Positions 47,932 through 59,000 of a DNA stretch of 64,000 bases are shown one piece after another. The position numbers and the translations under genes are program-made. Source of the stretch: Candidatus Moraniibacteriota bacterium (lineage in GTDB: Bacteria; Patescibacteriota; Minisyncoccia; Moranbacterales; DUUL01). Numbering within the stretch: position 1 is the first letter of the stretch; each line of letters begins with the position of its first letter. The stretch covers positions 94,676 to 158,675 of the forward strand of contig JBFHFF010000001.1 in assembly GCA_041583775.1 (NCBI GenBank), read 5' to 3'. The notes below the pieces were generated by a model, which saw only the letters and a list, made by a program, of their open reading frames with translations, made no database searches and was not told where the DNA came from.

Positions 47932-50184
47932 TTAAACTTTTTCCAATGGGGCGAATCCTTTTGCCAATTTCTTCAAACCTGACTTCGGAAAAACAACACA
48001 AAAAGTTTTTTCATCTTGTGAAACAATAATTCCTTGACCAAATTCTTTATGTCTCACACTTTCTCCATCGCGAAAATCTGATCTATTTTTTTTCTCATTT
48101 TTCTTTTTGGGTTTCAAATCAAAACTTGTTGGCCTTTTTATAAATCCCTTTCTATCTCCAAAATAGTCATCCAATCCTTGTTCTATAACAGATTCACTCC
48201 TAAAAAAATCATCGTCCGCCAAAGCCTCGTCATATCTTTGTTCAAACAATTTGGGTTCAATTTCATCAATAAATCGTGATTTAATTGAAATTTGTGTTGA
48301 CCCATAAATATTTCTTGTCATTGTATACAACAAGTGAGCCTTTTGTTTTGCTCTAGTAATTCCCACATAACAAAGCCTTCTTTCTTCTTCCATTTCGCTC
48401 TCATTCATTGTTGCCCGAGAATGTGGCAGAAGACCTTCTTCCATCCCGACAATAAAAACTGACTCGTATTCAAGACCTTTAGCACTGTGCAATGTCATAA
48501 AAGGAACAACCTCAGTCACACCTAAATCATTGTCTGTTTGAGAAACCAGAGTAACCTCTTCCAAAAAAGCCTCCAATCCATCTTCGTTTTTATCAAATTT
48601 TCTCGCAACAGTTAAAAGTTCCTGCACATTCTCATGACGAACCTGCCCCTCTTCACCTTCTTTCGCTAACATTTTTTCATATCCGCTATCTCGATATATT
48701 TTCTCGATCAGCTGGGTCACTGTTTTGGTTTGCGAATCGATAAGTGACTCTCCCATTAGATTATAAAATTTTTGCAATTCCTTTGCTTTTGAGGGAGGGA
48801 TTCCAAATTCACGAGAATCCTTTGCTTTTACAATTTTCTCAATAGCCAACAATAAATCTCCTCCTAAATCATCGGCAATTTTAATAATTTTTTCAATTGT
48901 CTTGTCACCAATTCCCCTAGCAGGAACATTTATAATTCTTTCGAAGCCGATTTTATTACTTGTATTATGTACAAAAAAAAGATAGGCCAAAATATCTTTA
49001 ACCTCTTTTCTCTGATAGAATTTCATTCCTCCAATTATTTTATAGGGGATTCCAGCTTTCATAAAAGCTTCCTCCATTGCTCTTGATTGAGCATTTGTTC
49101 GGTATAAAACCGCAAAATCGTCAAATTTAAATTTCATTTCTTTTTTGAGTTTTGTAATTTCTTCTGTTACAAAAATAGCTTCCGTCTTCTCATTTCGAGC
49201 CTCAAAAAGTGTAAGTAAATTTCCACTATCATTTTCCGTCCACATATTTTTTTCCTTTCGGTTAACATTTCTGGAAATCACTTGATGGGCAGCATCTAAA
49301 ATGTTTTGAGTGCTTCGATAGTTTTGTTCCAACAAAACGACTTTTGCGTCTGGATAATCTTTTTCAAAATCCAGAATGTTTTGTACATCAGCACCTCGCC
49401 AACCATAAATTGACTGCCAATCATCTCCTACTACACAAAGGTTTTTATGTTTATCAGCCAACATTCTAAGTAATGTATATTGTGCATGATTAGTATCCTG
49501 ATATTCATCTACCATTATATATCGAAACATTGTTTGATATTTCTCCAAAATGTCTGGATTTTCCTGCATCAATTTTACTGTGAAAAGAATAATATCATCG
49601 AAATCAAGAGCACTTGATTGTTTCAATTCTTTTGCATATTTCAAATAACATTTCGCCACAAGCTCCTCAAAATAGCTTCCCGTTTGCTCTTCAAAACTTT
49701 GCGCATCAATTAATTTATTTTTTGCATTTGAAATAGCACCCAAAACTGCTTTTGGTTTTATTTGATCCTGAGAAATCTGCAATTCTCTCATCACTCTTTT
49801 CATCAATGCCAATTGATCCTGGTCGTCATATATCACAAACTTAGACTCAAATCCAAGCCTTTCAATTTCACGACGCAAAATCCTAACACAAATCGAATGG
49901 AAAGTTCCTACATGCGGAACATCCGAAGAAAAAATTGTAGTCTCAGGAGGTAGTCTCAAGAGCTCTTTAACTCTCTCTAGCATTTCACCTGCTGCTTTAT
50001 TAGTAAAAGTAACGGCTAAAACATTTTTGGGGTGTATTCCTTTTTCCAAAATTAGATATGCTACCCTGAATGTTAGTGCTCGTGTTTTTCCTGAGCCTGC
50101 ACCAGCGAGAATCAAAACAGGACCTTCTGTCTGAAGAACTGCTTCTTTTTGTCTATCATTTAAACTATCAATTAATTTTGACAT
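47932..50184 (-). CDS. pcrA: UvrD/PcrA DNA helicase
   Basis: AGAGSGKT, TFTNKAA, VDEYQD, VGDDWQSIYGWRGA, YRST, TLHSAKGLE, YVGITRA. Confidence 0.95.
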   Translation of the reverse strand: MSKLIDSLNDRQKEAVLQTEGPVLILAGAGSGKTRALTFRVAYLILEKGIHPKNVLAVTFTNKAAGEMLERVKELLRLPPETTIFSSDVPHVGTFHSICVRILRREIERLGFESKFVIYDDQDQLALMKRVMRELQISQDQIKPKAVLGAISNAKNKLIDAQSFEEQTGSYFEELVAKCYLKYAKELKQSSALDFDDIILFTVKLMQENPDILEKYQTMFRYIMVDEYQDTNHAQYTLLRMLADKHKNLCVVGDDWQSIYGWRGADVQNILDFEKDYPDAKVVLLEQNYRSTQNILDAAHQVISRNVNRKEKNMWTENDSGNLLTLFEARNEKTEAIFVTEEITKLKKEMKFKFDDFAVLYRTNAQSRAMEEAFMKAGIPYKIIGGMKFYQRKEVKDILAYLFFVHNTSNKIGFERIINVPARGIGDKTIEKIIKIADDLGGDLLLAIEKIVKAKDSREFGIPPSKAKELQKFYNLMGESLIDSQTKTVTQLIEKIYRDSGYEKMLAKEGEEGQVRHENVQELLTVARKFDKNEDGLEAFLEEVTLVSQTDNDLGVTEVVPFMTLHSAKGLEYESVFIVGMEEGLLPHSRATMNESEMEEERRLCYVGITRAKQKAHLLYTMTRNIYGSTQISIKSRFIDEIEPKLFEQRYDEALADDDFFRSESVIEQGLDDYFGDRKGFIKRPTSFDLKPKKKNEKKNRSDFRDGESVRHKEFGQGIIVSQDEKTFCVVFPKSGLKKLAKGFAPLEKV

Positions 50185-50331
50185 TTATCTTTATTTTTAA
50201 TTTCAACTTATTTTTTTCACTATACCATAGTAACTCAATCTCTTATTTTTGTCACAAAGAAAAAAACTTTCAATTCTGTTTGCTTTTTTGTATAATAAAC
50301 ACGCAGCAATTAATTTATTTAAAAATAAAAA

Positions 50332-50517
50332 ATGAAAATTATAGTAGACCAAGATTTATGTATTGGTTGCCAAACTTGTGTTGCGATCTGTCCTGAATCT
50401 TTCCAAATAAATGACGATGAAAAATCTTCTCCAATTTCAGAAGAAGAATTTCCTTGCACAATGAAGGCTGTGGCTGATTGTCCTGTTGGAGCAATTTCAG
50501 TTGTACAAGACAAATAA
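50332..50517 (+). CDS. monocluster ferredoxin
   Basis: CIGCQTC..CP and distal CPVGAI. Confidence 0.9.
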   Translation: MKIIVDQDLCIGCQTCVAICPESFQINDDEKSSPISEEEFPCTMKAVADCPVGAISVVQDK

Positions 50518-50534
50518 TAGTTTTTAGCAAAAAT

Positions 50535-50573
50535 AAAAAGTGCCCAAATTTTTCGAAAAATGGTCACTTTTTT
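50535..50573 (+). terminator. probable terminator
   Basis: AAAAAGTG..CACTTTTT imperfect inverted repeat after the ferredoxin gene. Confidence 0.45.
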
Positions 50574-50649
50574 GATTTTAAAGTTTTAATCTTGTTAAAT
50601 AAATATATTATGTTATAAAAGAAGGGTTATTAAAATGTAATTTTTTGTT

Positions 50650-50850
50650 ATGCAAAAAGAAGCCGAACTTTTAGAAATAATAAACAAGTCAGATTTATCC
50701 CAGGAACAAAAAAATCTTTGGGGCAATGCAGTTAGTGAAGTTGATGATGAAACTGCAACACTTCTAATCGAAGCTATTAATGCAGATGAAAAGGCTTTGG
50801 AGGTTTTAACTTTCAATCTAGAAGGAAAATACGAGGAACTTTCTGAGTAG
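50650..50850 (+). CDS. small hypothetical helical protein
   Basis: 66-aa acidic amphipathic ORF followed by a terminator. Confidence 0.6.
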   Translation: MQKEAELLEIINKSDLSQEQKNLWGNAVSEVDDETATLLIEAINADEKALEVLTFNLEGKYEELSE

Positions 50851-50881
50851 ACTTTTACAATCTCTGTCATTTTTCAAACTT

Positions 50882-50919
50882 AACCCCCCATACCTTAGAT
50901 TCAGGTATGGGGGGTTTTT
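50882..50919. terminator. terminator between convergent genes
   Basis: AACCCCCCATACCT-tagattc-AGGTATGGGGGGTT plus T run. Confidence 0.85.
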
Positions 50920-50944
50920 CTTTTTATGTTATGTGTGTTTTTTC

Positions 50945-52000
50945 CTAAAAAACATCGCTCTTTCCTTCAAAATACACTTTCGGATCCCCTTTTTTTCTTA
51001 TTATCTCCCCAATCTTAATTACACCGGGCTGTTTAATTTCATCTCCAGAAATAAGCAAGAAGCCAATCCCATAATTCGTTGCTTTAAGCATCTCCATTGT
51101 TGAGACACCCCCTAACTTTTGAACAAGTTCGAAAATTGAATGAGGATCCCATGTCCGCATATCAATTTTCATAGCAGTGTTTTTCGGCAAGACGCGGATT
51201 GGATTTTCAACTAATCCGCCCCCGGTGATATTTACCATTCCGGTGATATTGAATTTAGACATCAGCGTCTTGACCTCCTTCACATATATTTCTGTGGGAG
51301 TGAGGAGTTCTTCACCAAGTGTACATCCCAACTCTGAGTAATATTCCTCAAGTGCTTTTTTAGAAAATTTAGGAGTTTCCAAGAAAACTTTAAAAATTTT
51401 TCTTACCAAACTGAAACCATTCGAATGTAGTCCCGAAGACGGAAGACCATATACATTCATTCCCTCTACAATTCCATTGCCCATAACTAATTGTCTTCGG
51501 GATTCAGCAAACCCAACAGCAAAACCAGCAAGGTCATAGCAGTCAATTTCGTACAAACTTGGGCACTCTGCCATTTCACCACCGACGAGAGCATAGCCAC
51601 CAGATAATTTACAGCCTTCAATTATCCCTTTAACAATTTCTTCACTTTTTTTAGGCGTTTGTTTCCCTTGAACAATATAGTCAAGGAAGACCCCCGTTGT
51701 TATGCCACCAGTCAACAAGTCGTTAACACACATGGCTACCAAATCTATTCCGACCGTTTCATGCTTATTTAAAAGAATGGCAAGGACTAATTTAGTCCCA
51801 ACGCCATCGGTTGTTGTTGCCACGATTTGTCCACTTGGTAATTCCACCAAGGAACTAAAACCACCCAAGGTGCTTATTACCTCACCAGTTGAAAGTAAAG
51901 GATATGTTTTTTTAACTTCAGCTGCAATAAGTTCAACTGCCTTATTTCCGGCATCAGTATCGACACCGGCCCCTTTGTAAGTCTCTTTTGCTTTTTTCAT
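50945..52000 (-). CDS. purM: phosphoribosylformylglycinamidine cyclo-ligase (AIR synthetase)
   Basis: Y..AGVD, DGVGTK, GIDLVAMCVND, GGEMAE, SSGLHSNGFSLVR, NITGGG. Confidence 0.93.
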   Translation of the reverse strand: MKKAKETYKGAGVDTDAGNKAVELIAAEVKKTYPLLSTGEVISTLGGFSSLVELPSGQIVATTTDGVGTKLVLAILLNKHETVGIDLVAMCVNDLLTGGITTGVFLDYIVQGKQTPKKSEEIVKGIIEGCKLSGGYALVGGEMAECPSLYEIDCYDLAGFAVGFAESRRQLVMGNGIVEGMNVYGLPSSGLHSNGFSLVRKIFKVFLETPKFSKKALEEYYSELGCTLGEELLTPTEIYVKEVKTLMSKFNITGMVNITGGGLVENPIRVLPKNTAMKIDMRTWDPHSIFELVQKLGGVSTMEMLKATNYGIGFLLISGDEIKQPGVIKIGEIIRKKGDPKVYFEGKSDVF

Positions 52001-52140
52001 TGTTTCTTCCCTTGTTTTTTACACTTCAAAATGAAATGTATTTTGATTTAGGAGTCTTTAAAAAAATACTCCTGAATGGAAACTACCAACTACTTTTTGC
52101 TGCCTTTTGAAAGTACTAAAGACTTAAAAGTCTTCCAATT

Positions 52141-52169
52141 AATATCCCATATTTGATTTTTAAAAGCAA
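52141..52169 (-). promoter_or_regulatory. purM promoter
   Basis: minus strand TTGCTT-17 nt-GATATT; shares the AAATATGnnATATT pattern with the GGDEF promoters. Confidence 0.5.
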
Positions 52170-52304
52170 GTTTTTTAAAATTTTTTTCTTTCTCGTGAAA
52201 AAAAAGTAATTGTGTTATTATTAATACATTCATAAAAAAATAATAAAAAAACTTACGCCTCTTAATATAATTTTTTCATTTAAACGGCGTAACTATTCCT
52301 GCCT

Positions 52305-53957
52305 ATGGAAAAAACACAAACTACTGCCTATTTTTCAATGGAAATCGCTCTTCAAGATGAAATACCTAACTATGCTGGTGGTCTTGGCATTCTTGCTGGT
52401 GATACTCTACACTCCTGTGCCGACCTTGGCAGTGATGTTGTGGGCGTTTCATTGATTTATCACCAAGGTGATACCGAAGAAAACAGATTTAAAGCTGAGC
52501 AATTTTTAACCTTGCACGATGAAACTATTGAGATAGAAATCGAGGGCAGAAATATCAAAATTATGATCTGGGAGTTTGATCTAAAAGGTAAAAATGACAA
52601 ATCTATTCCAATCATCTTCCTTAGTAGTGACCATCCCGATAACAAGCGCTGGGATAGAGACCTCACAAAATATCTTTATGCTGCTGATCGCTACACACGA
52701 CTCGGCCAAGAAATGATTTTGGGAATTGCAGGAGTTCGTGCTTTGGAAATTTTGGGTTACAATAACCTCAACACCTACCATATGAATGAGGGTCATTCAG
52801 CTTTTTTAACATTAGAGCTTTTAAGGAAATACGAATTCGATGCAGAGAAAGTCAAATCACTTTGCACTTTTACAACTCACACTCCCGTCCCTGCAGGCCA
52901 TGACCACTTTGAGTATAATTTGGCCTATAGCACAATGAACAAAATGATGCCTCTTGATATAAAAGAATACGCAACATATGAAGATTTAAGCACAACAGAC
53001 CTGGCTCTTAATTTAAGTAGAGTCTCTAACAGTGTTTCTGCAAAACATCGTGAAGTCTGTGAAGGGATGTTCCCTCGACATAATTTTGAAAATGTAACTA
53101 ACGGCATATACCATCCTCGTTGGGTTGGAAAAGAAATTAAAGAATTACTCGACGAAACATTCCCTGGCTGGGAAGAACAACCGGAATTGCTAAAAAATGC
53201 TGTAACAAAAATTAATTCAGAAAAATTAGTCGAGGCAAACAAAAAACAAAAACGCGAATTAGTAGATTGGCTTAATAGCAGAAAAGAACTTTTCCCATTT
53301 GAAACAATCCAAGATGATGATTACTTCGGTGTCAAAACATTAACAATTGGTTTCGCTCGGCGTTATGTTCCTTATAAAAGACATACTTTAATTTTCAAAG
53401 ACATGGAGCGTCTTCGAAATATGGGTTATCGAAAAATTCAACTTATTTTTGCTGGAAATTGTCACGAAGGCGATTCATTTTGCAACCAAATAAAACAAGA
53501 AGTTGAAAGGTATAGTAATATGCTTCGTGGGCAAATTAGAGTAGCTATTTTAACAGAATACAATATTGAGGTTGCCAAAAAATTAATCTCTGGTTGTGAT
53601 GTTTGGTTAAACAACCCTATCCCCCCGAGAGAAGCGAGTGGCACCAGTGGAATGAAAGCAGCTCTAAATGGTGGCATAAACCTTTCAATTCTAGATGGAT
53701 GGTGGATTGAAGGCTTTAATATGAACAACAATGCTGGTTGGGCTTTTGGAAATGAAGCGTTTGAAGAAGGAGAAAATCAAGACACTCATGATTCAAAAGT
53801 ACTTCTTGAACAATTAACAAATTTGGTTGATTGTTATTACAACCGAAAAGACGAATGGTCCGAAAGAATGAAAAGTGCAATTTCACTTGTTGGATATTTC
53901 AACACTCACCGACTCGTAAACGAATATCAAGAAAAGATCTGGACACCTAAGAGTTAA
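52305..53957 (+). CDS. glgP: alpha-glucan phosphorylase
   Basis: AYFSME, YAGGLGILAGD, HMNEGH, FTTHTPVPAGHD, EASGTSGMK (PLP lysine), LDGWW. Confidence 0.95.
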   Translation: MEKTQTTAYFSMEIALQDEIPNYAGGLGILAGDTLHSCADLGSDVVGVSLIYHQGDTEENRFKAEQFLTLHDETIEIEIEGRNIKIMIWEFDLKGKNDKSIPIIFLSSDHPDNKRWDRDLTKYLYAADRYTRLGQEMILGIAGVRALEILGYNNLNTYHMNEGHSAFLTLELLRKYEFDAEKVKSLCTFTTHTPVPAGHDHFEYNLAYSTMNKMMPLDIKEYATYEDLSTTDLALNLSRVSNSVSAKHREVCEGMFPRHNFENVTNGIYHPRWVGKEIKELLDETFPGWEEQPELLKNAVTKINSEKLVEANKKQKRELVDWLNSRKELFPFETIQDDDYFGVKTLTIGFARRYVPYKRHTLIFKDMERLRNMGYRKIQLIFAGNCHEGDSFCNQIKQEVERYSNMLRGQIRVAILTEYNIEVAKKLISGCDVWLNNPIPPREASGTSGMKAALNGGINLSILDGWWIEGFNMNNNAGWAFGNEAFEEGENQDTHDSKVLLEQLTNLVDCYYNRKDEWSERMKSAISLVGYFNTHRLVNEYQEKIWTPKS

Positions 53958-53969
53958 TATTTTTCTTTC

Positions 53970-54001
53970 AAAAAACCACCATTTATTTTGGTGGTTTTTT
54001 T
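53970..54001. terminator. bidirectional terminator
   Basis: AAAAAACCACCA..TGGTGGTTTTTT between convergent genes. Confidence 0.8.
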
Positions 54002-54022
54002 ATTTAACTTGAAAAATAATTT

Positions 54023-55264
54023 TTACTCATACCTAAGCGCATCAAGAGCATGAATTTTTGCTGCTCGTTGAGCTGGCATAATTCCAGTAACTAGACCAAG
54101 AAAAAGAATAAAAGAAACAATAGCGGCAACAAAATAATAAGGTATATAAACAAAATTGGAAAGCTCAACTCCGTTTTTATGTGCTAAATATACGAGGGCC
54201 TTATTTACTACCATCGCCAACCCATACCCCCCAAACAATCCCAACATTCCGCCTGCCACACTAATTAAAATAGCCTCAAAAATAAACATTTTAAAGATAT
54301 CTTCTCGTTTAGTTCCCAACGCTTTTAGAATACCGACCTCCTTCGTTCTTTGCAAAAGAGAAATACTTAAAGTATTCAACATTCCCATGGCAGAGATAGA
54401 CATTATGATTGTGCCTAACACTATCATAATAACTCTAATTACCACAAAAAAACTATTAATATCTTCGATGATTTCATTGACACTTTCCGTTAAAAATCCA
54501 AGCTGTTGAACTGCGAGTTCAATATTTGCCATTTCATCTACATTTTCAACTAAAATTTTCCCTTTTTGCGCAGAATCAACTCCAAACTCTGAGCTCAGAT
54601 AAGTAAAGGGCACAATAACAATTGAGGCGGATGATTCAGTAATTCCAATAATTTCAACTTCATTACCAGTAACTGTTGTTTCTTCGCTTACCGAAGAAGA
54701 AACCTCTTTTGAAAGAACCACTCCGAGTTTAACTTTTTTGCCTATCAATTCTTTGGGACTTTTAAAACCAAGGATGTTCGCTATTTGCATTGAAGCGATT
54801 ATGCCGTTTTCATTATCAGTGAATTTCCTGTCACCTTCTTCAAAAGATGTTTTTGCTAACTCTAAATAATCCTTATTTTCTCCATATATAACAGCATCAA
54901 TCTGAGAATCATTATATTCGAGTTTACCACCCGTGCTAACCTGTCTTGCCACACCCTTCACTCCTGCTATGTTTTCAATTTTAGTAACAAAATCACTATT
55001 TAGTGTAACAAAATTATCCAAGTTACCGTTATTTATATCCATCACATCGCGCGGGTTGTTTTTTGTCACCTCATCGATTATCATCCCTTGAACACCGAAT
55101 CCTATGCATAACAAAAATGTTATTATACCAATTCCCAAAGAAACTCCTCCTACTGTAAGAAAGGATCTAGTTTTATTTGCACGAAGATTTCTCCATCCAA
55201 GAAAAATAATCATATGCATTTTGATCTTTGAATATTTTTCTTTTTTCCAAAAAGCTAATTTCAT
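54023..55264 (-). CDS. MacB/FtsX/LolE-type ABC transporter permease
   Basis: RNLRANKTRSFLT, TM1, extracellular domain, three TM, RTKEVGILKALG, PAQRAAK..ALRYE. Confidence 0.92.
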   Translation of the reverse strand: MKLAFWKKEKYSKIKMHMIIFLGWRNLRANKTRSFLTVGGVSLGIGIITFLLCIGFGVQGMIIDEVTKNNPRDVMDINNGNLDNFVTLNSDFVTKIENIAGVKGVARQVSTGGKLEYNDSQIDAVIYGENKDYLELAKTSFEEGDRKFTDNENGIIASMQIANILGFKSPKELIGKKVKLGVVLSKEVSSSVSEETTVTGNEVEIIGITESSASIVIVPFTYLSSEFGVDSAQKGKILVENVDEMANIELAVQQLGFLTESVNEIIEDINSFFVVIRVIMIVLGTIIMSISAMGMLNTLSISLLQRTKEVGILKALGTKREDIFKMFIFEAILISVAGGMLGLFGGYGLAMVVNKALVYLAHKNGVELSNFVYIPYYFVAAIVSFILFLGLVTGIMPAQRAAKIHALDALRYE

Positions 55265-56097
55265 TTTTTATTGAGTTTTTTATTTTCCTGCGTAATTATT
55301 TCCGCTACACGACCATCCAACATCTTAAAAACCTTACTTGCATAATGATATTGATCAGGATTGTGTGTAACCATTAGTATTGTTATTTCAAATTTTTTAT
55401 TCAACTGAGAAATAAGATCCATTAATTCAACTCCTGATTTTTGATCAAGATTTCCAGTCGGCTCATCTGCAATAATAAACCAGGGATTGAGGAGAAGTGA
55501 TCTCGCTAAAGCAACTCTCTGTTGTTGACCTCCAGAAAGATCAAAGGGTCTATGTTTTGACCATTCACTCATACCAACAAGCTCCAGCATTTGTGCTGCC
55601 TTTTCAAGCCCTTCATGAAATTTTAAACCACCTATAATTGAAGGAACTGCAACATTCTCCAAAACACTCAATGACTTAAGCCAAAAAGCTTGCTGTGGAA
55701 TAAATCCCACACTTTTATTTCGAAAATCAGCTCTCCAATTTTTCGTATGTTTCCAAATATCGGTACCTTTAATATAAACACTTCCTTGAGATGGTGCCTC
55801 CAAACCATAAACAATGTGTAATAAAGTTGATTTTCCGCACCCAGAAGGACCAACTAGCATCGCAAAATCACCCTGCTTGATTTTAAGGTCTACCCCATTA
55901 AGAACAGAAATTTCATTCTCTCCAATAACAAACTCTTTTTTGATATCACTAACAACAACAACACCTTCTTTTTCAGCGTACAATTCAACTGTTGCTTTAT
56001 CGTTATTACGATGACTTAAGCTTTTCAATATGTCGGCTTCTTCCCTTAAGTCACTTTCTTTTTTTTCTTTAATTATTGCCATAGTTTTGATATCCAA
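55261..56097 (-). CDS. LolD/MacB-type ABC ATP-binding protein
   Basis: GPSGCGKST, LSGGQQQRVA, ADEPTGNLD, VTH; overlaps both neighbouring genes. Confidence 0.95.
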   Translation of the reverse strand: MDIKTMAIIKEKKESDLREEADILKSLSHRNNDKATVELYAEKEGVVVVSDIKKEFVIGENEISVLNGVDLKIKQGDFAMLVGPSGCGKSTLLHIVYGLEAPSQGSVYIKGTDIWKHTKNWRADFRNKSVGFIPQQAFWLKSLSVLENVAVPSIIGGLKFHEGLEKAAQMLELVGMSEWSKHRPFDLSGGQQQRVALARSLLLNPWFIIADEPTGNLDQKSGVELMDLISQLNKKFEITILMVTHNPDQYHYASKVFKMLDGRVAEIITQENKKLNKK

Positions 56098-59000
56098 CTA
56101 AATTTATCAGCAAAAGTTCCTACAACTATTTCCGTTGCATTTTCTTTTGAATCTTCAACAATGACCGTCACAGCTTTTGTTGAAGTTTCATTTCCTGATT
56201 CATCGAATGTTTTAACGATATAACTATAAACCTGTCCTGGATCAACAGGAATAGTTACTAGATGATATGTATTTAAAGGGTCTTCTGCCGAACTCTGTTC
56301 AAAATTAGCCAACACTATTCCAGGGCTATAAAAAACTTTTGCAGTTGTAATTTCATCTGTTTCGACTTTGATATACAAATTTGCACGAGCATCCTTTCCT
56401 CTTCCAATCACCCTACCAACTGCACGATTAGAAAGAATCCCTGGAGGCCTACTATCAGCCTTGGTAATGATTTTTGTATCTAAAGTTGTTGCAGAAACTC
56501 CATCTTCAGCTGTTCCTCCAACATTGATTTCATATTCAACTGATGGCGCTAACCCCTCTAGTTCAATTGAATGTTCAGTTACATATTCGTTATCCAAAAA
56601 ATTATGAAGGGAAGCCTCACTTGTCATTTTAAAATTAATTAAAGTATTTGTCGGTAAAGTTGTGTTATATTTTACTATCACAGTCGGGATATCAACATTC
56701 TCCTTATTTTCAACAATAAGATCAGAAGAAATTGGTTGCTCTAAAGTTCTGAAATTATATCTATCCGAACTAAACTCATTCAAATCATCATCTATGGCAT
56801 CAATTTGAAAACTATAATCTGTTGTACTATCAAGCCCTGTTAATTTTATCATATGGCTGCTTCCCGAGGAAGTTTCCTCTATTAGCTCAGATAAGCTACC
56901 GCCCTTACCATAATGCAAAGTACATTTCGCACTGGTATTAGTTGTCCAAAAAATTGTTGCTACATCAAGACCTACATCAGACGCCTCGACTTCTGAAATT
57001 GTTGGAGGTGGCAATGTTTCAAAAGTTAAAATGTCACTCATTCCTATATTTCCATCTGGGTCTATGTATTTTGCTCTGTAATAATATTTTGAGCCAGCAT
57101 CCAAACCAGTGAGTTCAACAATATGATCTGTTAGAGAATCAACTTGTCCATTCGTTTTTCCAAGACTCATTGATTTTCCATATTCCACAAAAGAGCTGGC
57201 AAAACGATTAGTTCCCCATTTTATTGTAGCTTCATAAGCCTGAACTGTGTGAGTTGGTTCTGTTACTAATGTAGGAGGAGTTGTGTATCTTCCTGTAGGA
57301 ATTATATTCACTGTAGTTGATGCAATGGAAATATTATTAGTACTATCCTTTGATTTTACATAATAATAATAAGTTCTACTTTCAAGTTCCGTGTCAACAT
57401 AAGCACTTCCAGATGTTGATGCCACTTCTTTAAATGTTTCGTCGTCATCACTTCTGTAGATAATATAACCATCAAAATTGTCTTCATTGATTGAGACGGG
57501 AGGGGACCATTTAAGTGCTATTGAATATTCTTGATTTTCTCTATCAGAAGTATCAAAAATTTGAATATTAACTGGCGCTCCAGGGGCTGATGTGTCAGCT
57601 TCGAAATCTACATAAGCATATAAGTCATAATCAATATTTTCAGCCTCATCCATTGCGCATACATAAAAACGATTCAATCCTTTCTGTGTTGCAAAAGGTC
57701 CAGGACCAGCAGCTCTAACGGCTGTATTTATTATATTATATGCATTTGGTAAAGCGTTAACTGAATATACATATTTTATTTTATTAGCATCTCCCATATA
57801 AGACTCTGGTTGATCCCATTGAAAAGCAAAAGAATTTATTGTTGATGTTTCCGGAGTTACAGTCAAATTCCTCGGCGGAGAAGGAGCACTTGAACTGAAA
57901 TAATATTCCTGATTTATAGCTGCCGAAACATTTCCAGCCGCATCAACAACTCGTAAATGAAACCAATTTTTTCCAGATTGATAAGCAGCAACGGTATGTT
58001 CGTCATTTGGAAGAGTAAGTGTTGTTGCCATCGGATCATCGATGTCATACCAGACATCTTTCTCGTCTCCATCAGTTTGATATTGAAACTTAGCCACGCC
58101 AGAATGTGCATCGGTTACATCTGACTCCCAAGTAAAAGTATAATTGTCACTAGCTGTATAACCAGCTGGGTTAACTAATATATTTGTTGGATTTGTTGGA
58201 GAGGTATTATCGAAACGATAAGTGAAGGCCGCATATGTTGAAGCGGGTACCATTTCAGCATCATCAATCGCCTTAATCCTTAAATAATAATCCTCGCCTG
58301 AACTTAAATTTTCAGCCGTAAATGTATTTTCACTTTGTAAATTTCCTTCCAAATATGGATCTGCCGAACTATCAGTTCCAAAATAAACATAATACCCAAC
58401 AACACCAGAACCACCTGAGCCATCACTTGCACCATTAACCTCTTCGGCAGCCGGCCAAACAAAGTACGGTGCAATATTTCCATACCAAGCATTGCTTGTT
58501 AATATTACCCCCGAAGAACTATTGTTATAACCAACAACTGAAGTAGGATTTGTTGGAGCAATAGAATCTTGATAATAATTAATTTCGATATCTTCTAATA
58601 AAGGAGATTTTATTCTATCAGAAGATGTAAATTCTATCCTAATTTGAATATATCTATTTTCACCAGAAAGAATATTAAAACGATGCTCATTTGGACTAGG
58701 AATTTGTTCGTTTGTAACTCGCTCCCAACTTGACCATTCAACTTCATCACTTGATGTTCTGGTATAAATAACAGCACTTGTATTGTTTGGAAGTATGTAT
58801 CTCGCAGTTAAATTAGCCCACTTATATACATCAATGAGATCAATTGATTCAGAAGTATAGTTTCCTGTTTTTTTAAAACCAGTATCATTTTCGGCTGAGC
58901 CAACCACATAACTATATAAACCATTTCTATATGAATCAGATTCACCTCTTGCCGTCAACCAAATTCTATCATTTGAGAAAACGGCATCTCCTTCTCGATA

